From Octopus sinensis (Eukaryota): a stretch of 64,000 nucleotides of DNA. Shown here piece by piece: positions 39,177-52,210 of this stretch. The notes beneath the pieces were generated by a model. It ran no database searches, was not told the origin of the DNA, and saw only the letters and a program-made list of their open reading frames with translations. The position numbers and the translations under genes were made by a program. The stretch covers positions 166,098,001-166,162,000 of the forward strand of contig NC_042997.1 in NCBI RefSeq assembly GCF_006345805.1. Reading direction: 5' to 3'. Position 1 is the stretch's first letter. Each line of letters begins with the position of its first letter.

Positions 39177-39740
39177 GTTCCATGGAATTCAATCTTTAAA
39201 ATGAAACTAGATAAAGAAAAAACAACATATTTTAAACTCATTTTACACGCCAACATTAAACTTTAAAATAAGCATTGCATGTTTGCGATCTAGGTTCGTA
39301 CGCTGCTTGCTATTATTAATTTCATTTACAAGCAGAATGAAACAGTTTCCATGATCTTCGAAGGTCCTATCAGACTTGTGAGATGTATGGGGTTAATATT
39401 TAGTTTATAGAGAAGATTAGTAGGGAGCGGTTTGCTGAGGGAAGTATTTGAACTAATAAAAACTAAGCAATGTGTTTAGTGCAAGATCTGAAATATTTGA
39501 TACAGACGGTTGGGATGATCAGTAAAGGAACGACTGTATTGGCTTTGTGTGAGTTGAGAAGGTGTGCTGCAAACTAGTTCAAAGATACAAAGGTCGTTAT
39601 CATAAAAACAAGAAGTAGTGCGCCAATGGTTCAATACAGTATAACTGATTGCTTAACAGAAAGGTCTTCGGTTACCATTAGTCAAGAATATTTGTGCATT
39701 TGCAGCTGCATCATCCCCAAAATATACAAGTAGTACTTCA

Positions 39741-40345
39741 ATGTTCTTCTCTCTTCGTCGTATCCCACGTCTTATCTCGGTATAAGAGTACAAGCAGGAC
39801 AGTGTTGTTGAAGAGATTGGTGCATAGAGTCTTGCCCACTTTGCTTAGAGAACATCTTTTATCGAGGGAAATGCTTTCCATACTGCCCTTGTTTAATTCA
39901 AGATAATAGCACCCATTTCACGACGCATATTCAATGTGTCCAAGGAGAGCTACTCCTTTATCTCTTCGATTTCATGGCTTCCTACTTCTATTCAGCTTTG
40001 GGCTACGTCATCGGACGTAGGAATATCGCTGTGAGATTATATCAGAAATGAAGTGATTCTAGAACGGGGCGTAGTGAACGATGTTATCGCAGAATAGCGA
40101 AAGCACAAATTCTGTTGCGCCTGATGAGTCGCAAGGCTCACAGACAACAGGTGGACCCGCACAATTGCCGAGTGTTATCCAAACGATCGGGAAACACCAC
40201 TCGGAAGGCTTCCATGACGGTGGTAAGACGATTTAGTAAAACCAATTTAGGTCGTGATAGAAAAGAATAGCTCAATCAAGAAAGAACAAGAAACGCATTA
40301 TGACCAGAGGTGCATAACATCCTATATTCTGGTCGATACAGGTGA
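39741..40345. mobile_element. RTE-clade LINE fragment with inverted 5' portion
   Basis: Minus 40005->39741 reads GSHEIEEIKE..WKAFPSIKDVL..NLFNNTVL..TWDTTKREEH. Plus 40015->40345 reads GISL*DYIRNE..VARLTDNRWTRTIAECYP..PLGRLP*RW. Confidence 0.8.
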
Positions 40346-40844
40346 AGTTACTGGCCTTGTGCTAAAATTTGAGACCAATACTACTCTTTAGATAAAACAG
40401 CAAGCTGGCAGTGTCGTTAGCATGCCAGACAAAATGCTTGGCGACTTTTCTAAGTTCAAATGCTGCCTTGGTTGACTTTGCCTTTCATCTTTTCATGATC
40501 GATATAAGTACCACTTCGGTACTTTGTCGATGTAATCGTCTTAACCCTCTCCCGAAATTGCTGGCCTTGAGCCAAAATTTGAAACCAATGTTACTTTTTG
40601 GATATTTTTCACATTAATTGATGCAATTTTCTTGTTTGTATTTCTTACATTCTTTGCACTTATATTCCAGATGACATTCATACGTAGCTTTCCTAATTGA
40701 CCTCATTAATGCGTAGACATTTTACAAAATCATTAGCTAGTGTAAGGGAATTTGGCCCTTCAATACTGATGTTAGTGCGTTAATGGGAATCTAATAGACA
40801 ATTATATAGAGAGAGGGGAGAGAGAGATGTACAAAACCAAATAT

Positions 40845-40965
40845 ATGGCACACTAGGCATAACACCAACATGAACTTCTAACTTGTCTCTTGAGGTCTCA
40901 GGGTGAGACTTGGAGCCAACTTGTGCAAATGCAAAGCAAAAGTCAAACATAAAATAATAATAATA
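40845..40965 (+). mobile_element. R4/Dong-type 3' UTR fragment with (TAA) tail, followed by (CAGA)n to ~41260
   Basis: Near-identical to 41955-42095. Confidence 0.7.
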
Positions 40966-41172
40966 GAGACAGACAGACAAACAGACACAGAAAGACAGAC
41001 AGACAGACACAGACAGACAGACAGACACAGACAGACAGACAGACAAACAGACACAGACAAACAGACACAGACAAACAGACACAGACAAACAGACAGACAG
41101 ACAGACACAGACAGACAGACACAAACAGACAGACAGACAGACAAACACAAACAGACAGACCGACAGACAGAC

Positions 41173-41223
<51 letters not shown>

Positions 41224-41682
41224 GGCAGAGACAGACATAGAGTGAGGCAGACAGAGACAGAAACGGAGAAAGAGAGGACGAGAGAGATAAGACAGAAAGA
41301 AAGAGAAGAAAATGATCTTTTAGGTTTATTAATAAAATAATCTCCATTATAAGAACATCAATCAAAGCGAAGTTTAGTTAGATATGTTTCAGACTGCTTA
41401 TACGTATTTTCGTGTTTTGCATATGTTATTGATATCACAAAAAGTGTAATAAATTGTTTATTTTGCAATTTTTACTAAATCATACATATTTTAATCAAAA
41501 CATCTCATGTTATTTAAGTTTTATTTACTAAAATTTATAAGTCCTTTTTTGATTATATAAATTACAATTTCATATATGATATTCATATATAATTTTACGT
41601 ACATTATATAATTTGTATACACACACACACCCACATACATTCATGCATACATACAGACATACACATATATAATAATAATAAC

Positions 41683-41764
<82 letters not shown>

Positions 41765-41776
41765 TAATAATAATAA

Positions 41777-42086
41777 TAGGAATGATAGCAAAAGGGGCTG
41801 ATTGCTACCAGGAAACCCCAAAATGGCTAAAATTCAAAAGATAGTGCTCATGGGAACTGCCCATATCCTACGTAATATACTGTCTATGTAATCTCAAATT
41901 TTAAATCAAACACATAATTTTCCTATGGTTTCTTAAACATTCTCTAGAACAACACTATGTACAAAACCAAATGTATGGCAGCCCAGGCATAACACCAACA
42001 CGAACGTCTAACTTGTTGTCTCTTGAGGTCTCTGGGTGAGACTTGGAGCCAACTTGTACAAATGCAAAGCAAAAGTCAAACATAAC

Positions 42087-42141
<55 letters not shown>

Positions 42142-42340
42142 CACACAGTAGTTGGAGCAAAGATAGCATCTCAAGACAGTTACAATACCAGTGATTGTAG
42201 GGGCACTTGAAATGATCAATAAAGGAACTGAAAATTATTTGAGGATGCTCCATGGATTACCAACCATGCAGGAAGTGCAAAAGATTGTATTAACTTGTAC
42301 GTCACACGCATTGAGAAGAGTATTGTCGCTGTGAATTTTC
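41777..42340 (+). mobile_element. Two 5'-truncated R4/Dong-type fragments, each directly after a (TAA)n array
   Basis: 41777-42090 reads ..IQKIVLMGTAHILRNILSM* then 3' UTR and (TAA)n. 42141-42340 reads ..TIPVIVGALEMI..MQEVQKIVLTCTSHALRRVLSL*. Confidence 0.75.
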
Positions 42341-42989
42341 TTTCCTTTTTTCCCTTTATTTTCTTTGTTTACTTTTATATTCTATATTTTTTCTCTATGT
42401 CTTTCTTCCCCTCTTTTCTATCTGGTGTGATTATTTTAATAGCCTAGATATGTATACAGTGTGTTTCTCTGCCCAAGGTGTCAGGAAGTTACTCGGCAAG
42501 AAAAGGAAATAGAATTGAAAGAAGAGAAGAAGAGAAGAAGAAGAAGAAGAAGAAGAAGAAGAAGAAGAAGAAGAAGAAGAAGAAGAAGAAGAAGAAGAAG
42601 AAGAAGAAGAAGAAGAAGAAGAAGAATTAACGAAATGCATAAAACGAAGCAAAAGAACAGCGGACGGATAATCATAAATATTATAAAATAATTTAGGAGT
42701 TACACACACACACACACACACTCACACACACACATACACACACACACACACACATTACTATGCAACACCCCTCCAAAAACATACGAGAATAAGCTCATAC
42801 TGAAGGCCGATACCCGACAGAAGAACACAACCTGCGCTACACAAACAACACGCAAGATAAAAACTAACACAACAGAAGACTCAAGCAAAACCCCATAACA
42901 AAACGTACTGATATAATACAATCTCCCCCTCGCAAAAAAATGCAGCACACACCATCCCACCAGCACAAAGGTGCAATAGAAAGTTACTA

Positions 42990-45920
42990 GAAACTTTCAG
43001 ATGTCGAGAAATAATACTGGTGATGATGATGGTGACGAACGTTACCTTACGTCAGTTTATGAGAGACAGGAGTTTCCGAAAAACTGTGGTTGTAACAGCA
43101 AAAATGAAGCTGGACCTTTAAGGGAAGGCTTCTCGCTCGGCAGTGGATCAGTAAAGAAGCAGACTGACCACAGCTGTCATCCTAATACAGTATCAGCAGA
43201 TAATAGAACAAGGAGGAGGAAGTGGACCAGCGAAGAAAACAGGGCTACTTAGAAAAGTGAACCTATAAGAAAAAAATAATAGCACTACCAATAAGGAAGG
43301 ACAAATGGCACCAACGACTTAAGTGATTTAAGTGAGGAATATCAGATTTTAGATGAGTTGCAGGAAGTAATGAGTAAAAAAGTAAGAAAAGTAAGAAAAG
43401 ATGGCTAGCATTAAAAGACCTCAACAGAAGGAAGCTACAAGAAATAACTAGGAAAGTAGAATCTGTTATCAGGAGGATAGATATTAAAAATATAGAAGAC
43501 ACTAACTTATTGAACTATGCAGGAGGGGTAGTAGTCACCAGAAGAATAGATATCTCACAAGGAAAGATTTAAAAAGAGCAAGGAGACTACAAAATAAAGT
43601 GAAGACTTTAAAACAGGATCTGAATAGAATAGAAGCCTGGAAAACAAACAAGTTAGGAAACACAAGATGCAAATCTTGCCTCGAGGAAAGATACTTAGTC
43701 AAAGAGAAAGGATTTTGGACAATAATAGAAAAGTTAAAACAGCGTACCATAACAGTTGCAGGCAAACCCTCCAGATATCAGAAAAGAATAGATCACTATC
43801 AACAGAATAGATTATTTGAGACAAGCCAGAAGAGATTTTACAACCAAATAAATAGTGGAGAACGAAGTACTGAAGATGAGAAACCTAATACAGAGGAAGC
43901 TAGAAAGTTCTGGAGTAATATTTGGGATAAACCAGTCAATCATAATGGAGATGCAGTATGGTTAAAGAAAGTGGGGAAAAAGTAGTGAGTGAGAAGCAGC
44001 CAGATCTAAGATTAACTGGTGCATTAATTAGTAAAGTGTTAGGGAAAATGCCGAATTGGAAGAGCACAGGACCAGATTTAGTGCAAGGGTACTGGCTAAA
44101 GAAATTTAGTAGTTTACATGGGAGTCTGAGGGAACAACTTCAGGATTGCCTTAATGGAGGAATAATACCAGATTGGATGACTAGAGGGAGAACAATACTC
44201 ATTATGAAGGACAAGAGCAAGGGTAGTACAGCTAGAAACAATAAACCAATCACTTGCTTACCATTTGTGTGGAAGCTCTTAACAGGAATGCTTTCAGAAA
44301 GCATTTACGAGCACCTTGACAACCAGAATTTACTACCAGAAGAACAGAAAAGTTGCAGAAAGAAGGCTAGAGGAATGCATGATCTATATAGACAAAACAG
44401 TTCTAAATTAAGTAAAAACTAGAAAGAAAATTTTAACAATAGCACGGATAGATTATAGGAAAGCCTATGACATGATCCCACACTCATGGATAAGTGAATG
44501 TTTGGGTATATTCAGTGTAGCAGGTAACATAAGACGATTAATTAGCTCTAGCATGAAGAAAGAGTAAGTAGATCTATACTCAGGTGACACTCTGGGAAAG
44601 TTAATATCAAAGTAGGAATTTTCCAGGGGAACTCGTAGTCCACTTTAATATTTGTTCTGTATTTGATACCCCTCAGTTTAGTATTAAGAACAGCAAAGGC
44701 AGGGTATCAGTTCAGAAATAGTATTGGAAAAATTAACCATTTGCTCTACATGGATGATCTGAAACTTTTTAGTAAGAAAAAGAGATAGATTCCTTAATAC
44801 AAACTCTTCAGCAAAGATACAGGCATGGAATTTGGCATAGATAAGTGTGCAATATTAGTCATGAGAGGGGGACAGGTAGTCAACAGTGAAAGCATTCAAT
44901 TACCAGATGCCCAGGCATTTAAATCATTGAAAGGAGGAGAGAGTTATAAGTATCTAGGAGTATTAGAGTCTGACAGAGTACTAATTACAGAAATGAAAAC
45001 GAAAATTGAGGAGTACATCAGAAGGGTGAGGAAGCTAATGAAGTCAAAGCTAAATGGTCCGAATCTAGTGGAATTTGTAAATACTTGGGTAGTGTCATTA
45101 CTTAAATAGTCAGCAACTTTCGTAGATTGGACAAAAGCTGAATTAGCAAAGCTAAACATAAGAACTGAGAACGAATTCAATATGAATAGAGGACTCCCCG
45201 CAAGGGCTGGAACAGCAAGATTATACCTACCTAGAAAGGAAAGAAGACTGTTAATATCAGTGGAAGACTGAGTGGAGTTAGTTAGAGTAGATATAGACTC
45301 CTATGTAGGTAATAAGGAAGAAAGTTTATTAAAAGCTGCTAGAGTTACATAAGGAAACCAAAACACCAAACGAACTTAAAAACCAAAACAAAGAGAAGAA
45401 ATTATCTGACTGGTAGGAGAAGGCATTGCATGGTAGATTCCCAAAAATAGTTTCAAAATATAGTAGTAGTGAGACATGGTGATGGCTGGAGAAGGGAAAG
45501 CTGAAGAGGGAGACAGAAAGTTTGTGAGTAGCTATTCAAGATCAAGCATTAAGGACTAATTGGATAAAAACCAAAATAGGCAAAAACCAAGTAGATTCAT
45601 AATGTAGATTATGCAAATCAAAAGAGGAAAGCGTTACTCATATAGTAGGTGAATGTGGCATGCTGGCACAGAAATAATACAAGAATAGACATGACAATCA
45701 AGGGAGAGCAATCCAGTGGGAACTTTGTAGAAAACTAGGATTTGAACATACTGATAAATGGTATGAACATGAACCTAGTAAAGTAGTAGAAAGTGAGAAA
45801 TACAGGATTTTGTGGGACTTTAACATTCAGACTGACAGAGTTATAGAAGCTAGAAGGTTTGACTTGGTAATAGTAGTTGATAAAGAGAATAGAAAGTGTC
45901 AAATAATTGACTTTTGCTAT
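42990..45920 (+). mobile_element. Near full-length, disrupted R4/Dong-type (RLE) non-LTR retrotransposon lacking its 3' end
   Basis: RKWTSEEN N-terminus, NRLFETSQKRFY, MPNWKSTGPD, PITCLP..WKLLTG, IDYRKAYDMIPHSWI, GIFQG, HLLYMDDLKLF, MEFGIDKC, YKYLGV, CCHC knuckle (CRLCK..HIVGEC) and RLE WDFNIQTDRVIEARRFDLV..IIDF. Multiple stops and frameshifts. Confidence 0.92.
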
Positions 45921-45921
45921 T

Positions 45922-47315
45922 GTTGTTTTCACTGTTGTTATTGTTGTTTTTGCTGATCTAGTGGCCACCTGCCTCTGCTGGTACTGTTGCTGTTGCATTT
46001 TGTTGCTGCTGTTGTTGTTGTTGTGTTGAGAGTGTCTGCAGCAGTGCGGTTTTCTCTTTTGTTTACCTTGGGCAGAAAACCTTTAAGTGGTCTGTTTGGC
46101 CACAAATGTGGCATCTCGGCTTTCTACCCTCTACTGCTACAAATAGTTTTGTATTTCCAGAGAGCTCAAGGGGACCTGGAATCTCCAGTGCAGTTGCAAA
46201 ATCTGCATGCAACAAGAGTTCCATCTCTGTGTCATACCAATTTTCTTTTTTATGTCAGTGTATTTCTAGAATTTTAATTTTCTCCTCTCTGCCTTACACT
46301 ACGGCCGCTGCCAGCAAGGAGATATCCACTTCTGATAGCAACTCCATTACCTTAACTTTAACGAGCTCCCGATCGAGGTATCTGGAAATCATATGCAATT
46401 CCCCGGTCTTAAGGGTTGTCATGACATTTTCTTTGGCTAGTTGTTCGCTTGAGAACCTCACCTCTACTGTGCCAAAGCTTTTATCACATGCCACATAACA
46501 TTTTTTGTTCCATACAGGTCTCGGGCAATTTTTCGACCTTGGCCTGTGTAGCTCTTTCTATTTTTCGTGTCTTCAATGATCCGTATATTATTGTATGATA
46601 TACATCTGTACCTTATTGTTTTACGCCTTGTTTCTTCCTGCACTTCCTCTCGTGTGTTCAGGTGGACTGTCTTGCCAGTTCTGGTTAGATGCATTTTGGT
46701 CTGACAATTCGACCTCCTCCATTTTCTTATACATCTGAGCGAACCCACTAAGTGTTTGCTTAGAAAAAGCAACTGTTGTCTGTACTTTGTTAATTTTTTC
46801 TTTGTTTCATGAGTGGTGTAATCTGCAGGTGTTTGGCAGGAACGAATTCTTTTTCCTTTCTCTTCACGACTTCACACTTATAGCTGTTGTTGTTCTAGTT
46901 GGTCCTCTTGACGGCAGTGGTGGTAGCAGTGTCAGTCTTTTCCTCCACTCCTTCTTTCATGCCTCCGTCGGTATTGATAGTGGTGATGATGGTGTTGTTG
47001 TTGCTGCTCTTCCTCTCCCTGTCAACCACATTAGGTAGTGGGCGGGGACGAAATTTCACAGAGGCTGTTACAAAAAACGTCGACACCCTCGATCTGAAAA
47101 GCCGTGTTGCAAATTTTCTTTGCAAAATATAGAATTTTGAGTTGTTAAAAGTCAAAATTCGCCCTTAAAGGGTGAATTTTTTTCCACTCCAGCTGACCCT
47201 GCTTGTGGCAAGGTGGGTTATCAAAATAGCAGTTCAACAAAATATTCAAAAACAAACAGTAAAACAAAAAATTTGAAGAAAATTTAACAACCCTCCAAAC
47301 ACGCGGCCGATACAA
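45922..47315 (-). mobile_element. L1/Tx1-type LINE 5' UTR + ORF1 relic, no ORF2
   Basis: KSFGTVEVRFSSEQLAKE (RRM-like) and VAVEGRKPRCHICGQTDHLKVFC (CCHC knuckle). Frameshifted. Confidence 0.75.
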
Positions 47316-47326
47316 ATAATAATAAC

Positions 47327-47395
<69 letters not shown>

Positions 47396-47396
<1 letters not shown>

Positions 47397-47815
47397 TGCT
47401 GGATCATAGATAAGTAAGCAAACTATGCAGGATCATATATAAGAAAGCAAACTATGCTGGATCATAGATATAGCATGTCCTGCTGACAACAAAGTATGTG
47501 ATAAGGAAGAAAGAAAAGACGATAGATATGACAGGTTAGCTTGGAAGGTTAAGCAGTTGTGGTCGACGAAAAAGGTGGTAGAAGTACCAATAATTGTCGG
47601 AGCCCTGGGAACAGTAGGTAAAAATCCTGAGAAGTAAATGGAACACATAGGGGTAGCAATAAGGGTGGAGCACTTGCAGAAAACAGAACTACTCGGAACC
47701 GCTTGAATACTCCGGAAGGTGGTCGAAAAATAAGGGGTGCTTTACTTTAGTTTACTGGTAGTGAACAGCTGACACCGTAGTACATCTCCAGCGTTACAAG
47801 CTGTGCAAAGGCAAT
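47396..47815 (+). mobile_element. 5'-truncated R4/Dong-type fragment after a (TAA)n array
   Basis: KLCWIIDIACPADNKV..RYDRLAW..VPIIVGALG..LQKTELLGTA*ILRKV. Confidence 0.8.
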
Positions 47816-48751
47816 ACGCGTATTATTTTGTTTATTCCGGCTTATGTCTGCGAACCACTAAGGCTTATGTTTATCATTATTATATTAACTTCCGCAAGGG
47901 GATTATTACATATGATGTGACGGTAAGAGAAACCAGTTCAGTTTAATTTTGGCTTTCATTCCTACGTACCTACGTTAGTATGCAACCTCTTGTAACAATG
48001 TGCACCGTTTCAAGTTGCACAATTACCAAGAGAGAGGTGTAGGCTGTGTACAAATTTCCACGACTTTAAACAATATCTTTGAATAGACTCTTGAGTAACA
48101 GCAACACCCCTTTGCTTTACTTTGTTGTAGCCTAGAGCTCATATTTCATTTTTGAAGGAGAGTCCAACATATATGTCGAATACTAAATTGTAAATTGATA
48201 TTTATACCAATAATAATTAGTACACTTGATTTTGTTAGTAAATTCTTAAGTGACAATCTGGATAAGCTGGGATTTTCAGAAAAAGAAATCAACATCTAAT
48301 TCACACACTACAAATATAATCTATAAGCGGAACAGTAAAAATATGCAAGACGTTTCTCAAGTTCAACATGTGAATTGCTTTTGTTATCCTTATCCCATTG
48401 CTAGAGCTTTGTGTCTTTGTTACAAACCATCTCCTTCTTTATGGGAAGATTTCCAATAATTAAAAGTAGAAGAGAACACACACACACAGAAACACACACA
48501 CACACTCACACACACAACACACGCACACACGCATACATACATACATACATACATACATACATACATACATACATACATACATACATACATACTACATACA
48601 TATATACATACATACATACATACATACATACGTTTTGGGTAATTACGTCAAAATATTTACGAGATGATAATTGATATCAGATAGACTAGAAAACGTGTTT
48701 TTAAACCAGAAGTTATTTTATCAAGACGAAGGCGAAACGAGAAATGTTGGT

Positions 48752-48928
48752 TAAGAAGAAGAAGGAGAAGAAGGAGAAGAAGAAGAAGAAGAAGAAGAAG
48801 AAGAAGAAGAAGAAGAAGAGAAGAAGAAGAAGAAGAAGAAGAAGACGAAGAAGAAGAAGAAGAAAGAAGAAGAAGAAGAAGAAGAAGAAGAAGAAGAAGA
48901 AGAAGAAGAAGAAGAAGAAGAAGAAGAA
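48752..48928. repeat. (GAA)n microsatellite
   Basis: Direct observation. Confidence 0.95.
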
Positions 48929-49719
48929 TGTGGCGGAGGAGGAGGATGCTTGTCTATGCCTACAACTGACATCCAAAAGAATGTAAAATCGTGCTCTTTT
49001 CAAATATAAAAAATACGGTTCACAGACTCTGATTAGATGAAATTTCTGATTGCGCAAAATTTCAGATTAGCTAAAATACCATGCATGACAAAACAGTGAA
49101 GCCAATAAACGATATTTCAGTCCCTCGTCTTTATTTGCTTACAATTCCATCAAGTCTCCTTTGCTTTTTATTCTTATCCACCAGTAAAGGTTTGATGCAG
49201 AGTTGAATAATGATGTCCCGAAGTTAAATAAAGGATTTTGTTCTCTAAAAGGAAATTATACAGGTCGAAAGTTAAGTCTCTCACAACTTCATCTTGAAGC
49301 CTTCTTATCTTCCTAAATCGGAATTAGTTTGACTATGTGTTTAGGATTTAATTTTGTTACAAATTAGCAATTAAGGAAAACAAGAGACGTTCTCTGGATC
49401 TGGTAAATTATACAAAGTCCATCAACAGTGACGAATGCCAAGATGCACTGAAGCTATATTCAAAATCTTGACCTACATCTTAAGTTGAGGTTCTATGTGG
49501 AAATGTGTATAATTTTCTTAATATGAACTTAATTTTCTTAGTCAATGCTCTAAATTTGCAATGCAATACAGATCACCTGCTGTGAAACGAAATAGATGAC
49601 TTGTATATTAGCTTTTCCAGCTGCAATCGTTGGTTTAATGCTGTCATCATCATTCTCACTGACTGGGTTGCCGTCATCATCTATTTTTTAATGATGCTGC
49701 TGATATTATTGTAACTAAT

Positions 49720-50450
49720 TTCGAATATTGCTGCTGTTGTTGAATATGATGATGTTGCTGCTGTTGTTGTTGTTGTTAAGCAACAAGACGGGTAAGGGTT
49801 ATTAGGTGATGGTTTAGGGCTTGGGGGCGGGAGACTCCAGACCTTGGAAAAAAAACTTTGGTCGTCTTGTTGTAGTCGAGGGCTCTTCGTTGACGCCTGA
49901 CACCACTGGGAGGTGACCCTCGAAATCGCTGGAAATGGAGATCTCCAGGTCCAAATTCTTGAACGGCTCATGTTGCTGCTGTTATACTTCCCTAATCACT
50001 CCCACTGAAGCAGACATCGATTATGAGATGATGTTCGCTTGATTGATTACAACTTGTTAATTCAACATTCCTGATATTTTATAGTTTCATCTTGAATAGA
50101 TCTGTGCATGTTTTGCCTTTTGATCCGCAAAGTTTGTACAGAAATTTTCTCACGTTCGAGTCTTCTTTTCGTCTTCCAGACGTCTTCTTTTCGGATATAC
50201 TGTTACAGAAATGATAACTTCAATTATATATCTTCTGCTTTAGACAGCATAGTTTGGTTTGGAGGAGGCTTGGTTACTTCTGTTGGCAAGTCGAGTAACT
50301 GCATAGTGAAAGTGAAACGTGTTTTCATTGAGATGGATGGGACGACGCCTCAGGAAATCTTTACGAGGTGTCAGGTGTATCGGTTGGTGTCGGCACCACT
50401 ATCTTCGGTTTGGTGGTGTGATCCTTGCTACAATCGCTATGCACTAACTG
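49720..50450 (-). mobile_element. Possible second L1/Tx1 ORF1 relic
   Basis: DYNKTTKVFFQG loosely parallels LSGNTKLFVAVEG of the 46.1-kb ORF1. Weak. Confidence 0.3.
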
Positions 50451-50677
50451 CAGTGTAAAAAGCAGCATGAAACCCAAAACAGGGATTTAAGCTCCATACG
50501 AACGGAACATGGATCAGACCAATTTCTAATGTAAATACGCGCTTCTGATGCGCGAATCGGTGATCAAAACTGACATACGAGTGAAGGACCTATAGAGACG
50601 TCTATTTGTTGGTTTGCTCCGAAATTTTCTTAACACAAGTAATTCTGTCCAATAATACAAACGGTTTAAATTTACTA

Positions 50678-50900
50678 GCTGGCAGAAACGTTAGCGCGCC
50701 GGGCGAAATGCTTAGCGGTATTTCGTCTGTCGTTACGTTCTGAGTTCAAATTCCGCCGAGGTCGACTTTGCCTTTCATCCTTTCGGGGTCGATAAATAAA
50801 GTACCAGTTACGCACTGGGGACCATTTAATCGACTTAATACCTATGTCTGTCCTTGTTTGTCCCCTCTATGTTTATCCCCTTGTGGGTAATAAAGAAATA
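50678..50900 (+). mobile_element. Young SINE-A with 15-bp TSD
   Basis: TSD ggtttaaatttacta at 50663-50677 and 50901-50915. Confidence 0.92.
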
Positions 50901-51313
50901 GGTTTAAATTTACTATCTAATTTATAACCACTTCTGCGTAGTAGAGACAACAATTGCATTACAAATTCATGGTGCCAATTAAAACACTTTTCTTAAAAGC
51001 AGTTACTGCGTAAATAACCTACCCTTTACTCATCACATCTCTGGAGATGTGATGGTCAATTTCGATGACATAATAGGAGCCTCTACGCGTTCTTCTCGAA
51101 ATAACATGCAAATCAAATCCTACTAGCTGAAAATAAGACATATTAGACAATGTAGTTTTACATACACTGCATATAGGAAGAAAACTGAGATGGTTTCACT
51201 TCTTGATCAAGGTTGATCTGAGATTAAACCACAGCAAATATTAGTGCAACTGGAAAGTGTGATGTCGGGTTTGAAAGGAAAAGTAGTCTACATTGGTGCA
51301 AATTACCAACAGT

Positions 51314-51744
51314 AGGCGTAGGAGTGGCTGTGTGGTAAGTAGCTTGCTTACCAACCACATGGTTCCGGGTTCAGTCCCACTGCGGGGCACCTTAGGCGAG
51401 TGTCTTCTGCTATAGCCTCGGGCCGACCAAAGCCTTGTGAGTGGATTTGGTAGACGGAAACTGAAAGAAGCCAGTCGTATATATGTATATATATGTATAT
51501 ATATGTATATGTGTGTATATGCTTGCGTGTCTGTGTTTGCCCCCCTCCCCAGCATCGCTTGACAACCGGTGCTGGTGTGTTTATGTCCCCGTAACTTAGC
51601 GGTTCGGCAAAAGAGACAAATAGAATAAGTACTAGGCTTACAAAGAATAAGTTCTGGGGTCGACTTGCTCGACTAAAGGCGGTGCTCCAGCATGGCTGCA
51701 GTCAAATGACTGAAACAAGTAAAAGAACAAAAAGAACAAAAAGT
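51314..51744 (+). mobile_element. SINE family C, full-length
   Basis: Box A tggctgtgtgg, box B ggttcagtccc, internal microsatellite and tandem aaaagaac tail. Confidence 0.9.
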
Positions 51745-52063
51745 AAAATAATTCAAGAAATTATTCGTGAAGGATGTATGATTCGCGTAAGTATTAAACT
51801 TTGAAGAAAGTCCAGGAGATAAGACTATTTAACACAGCTCAGTTATCTTCAGTTGACACAACTGTCAAAGATAGCTGTTTGCATAGTATTTATAGAACCA
51901 ACAGATGTAGAATCACGTAGAAATTTAACCATTTGCGTTGTTATTGTAACAGCATGAAATTGTCACATTCTTACATCCTTTCCTCGTCACCCCGATGCAA
52001 AACTACATGCATACAATATTTTTATATAAATAGGAATGACAAAGTGAGTAAATCATTTAAACA

Positions 52064-52210
<147 letters not shown>

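Noticed and set aside
39044-39256. Poly-E ORF, and poly-R/K/S/L/F/Y/I ORFs at 41.5-42.7 kb and 48.7-49.0 kb
   Set aside because: Trinucleotide microsatellites (TTC, GAA, TAA).
40121-40139. CTGATGA followed by a GCAA-capped hairpin as a hammerhead
   Set aside because: No GAAA after stem II and no stem I or III. The sequence is decayed RTE coding (..VARL).
45890-47480. Idea that the 47.4-kb R4/Dong fragment is the displaced 3' end of the 43-45.9-kb element
   Set aside because: Both break near the IID motif, but the sequences differ (IIDF vs IIDIACP), there is no TSD, and the fragment has its own (TAA)n junction.
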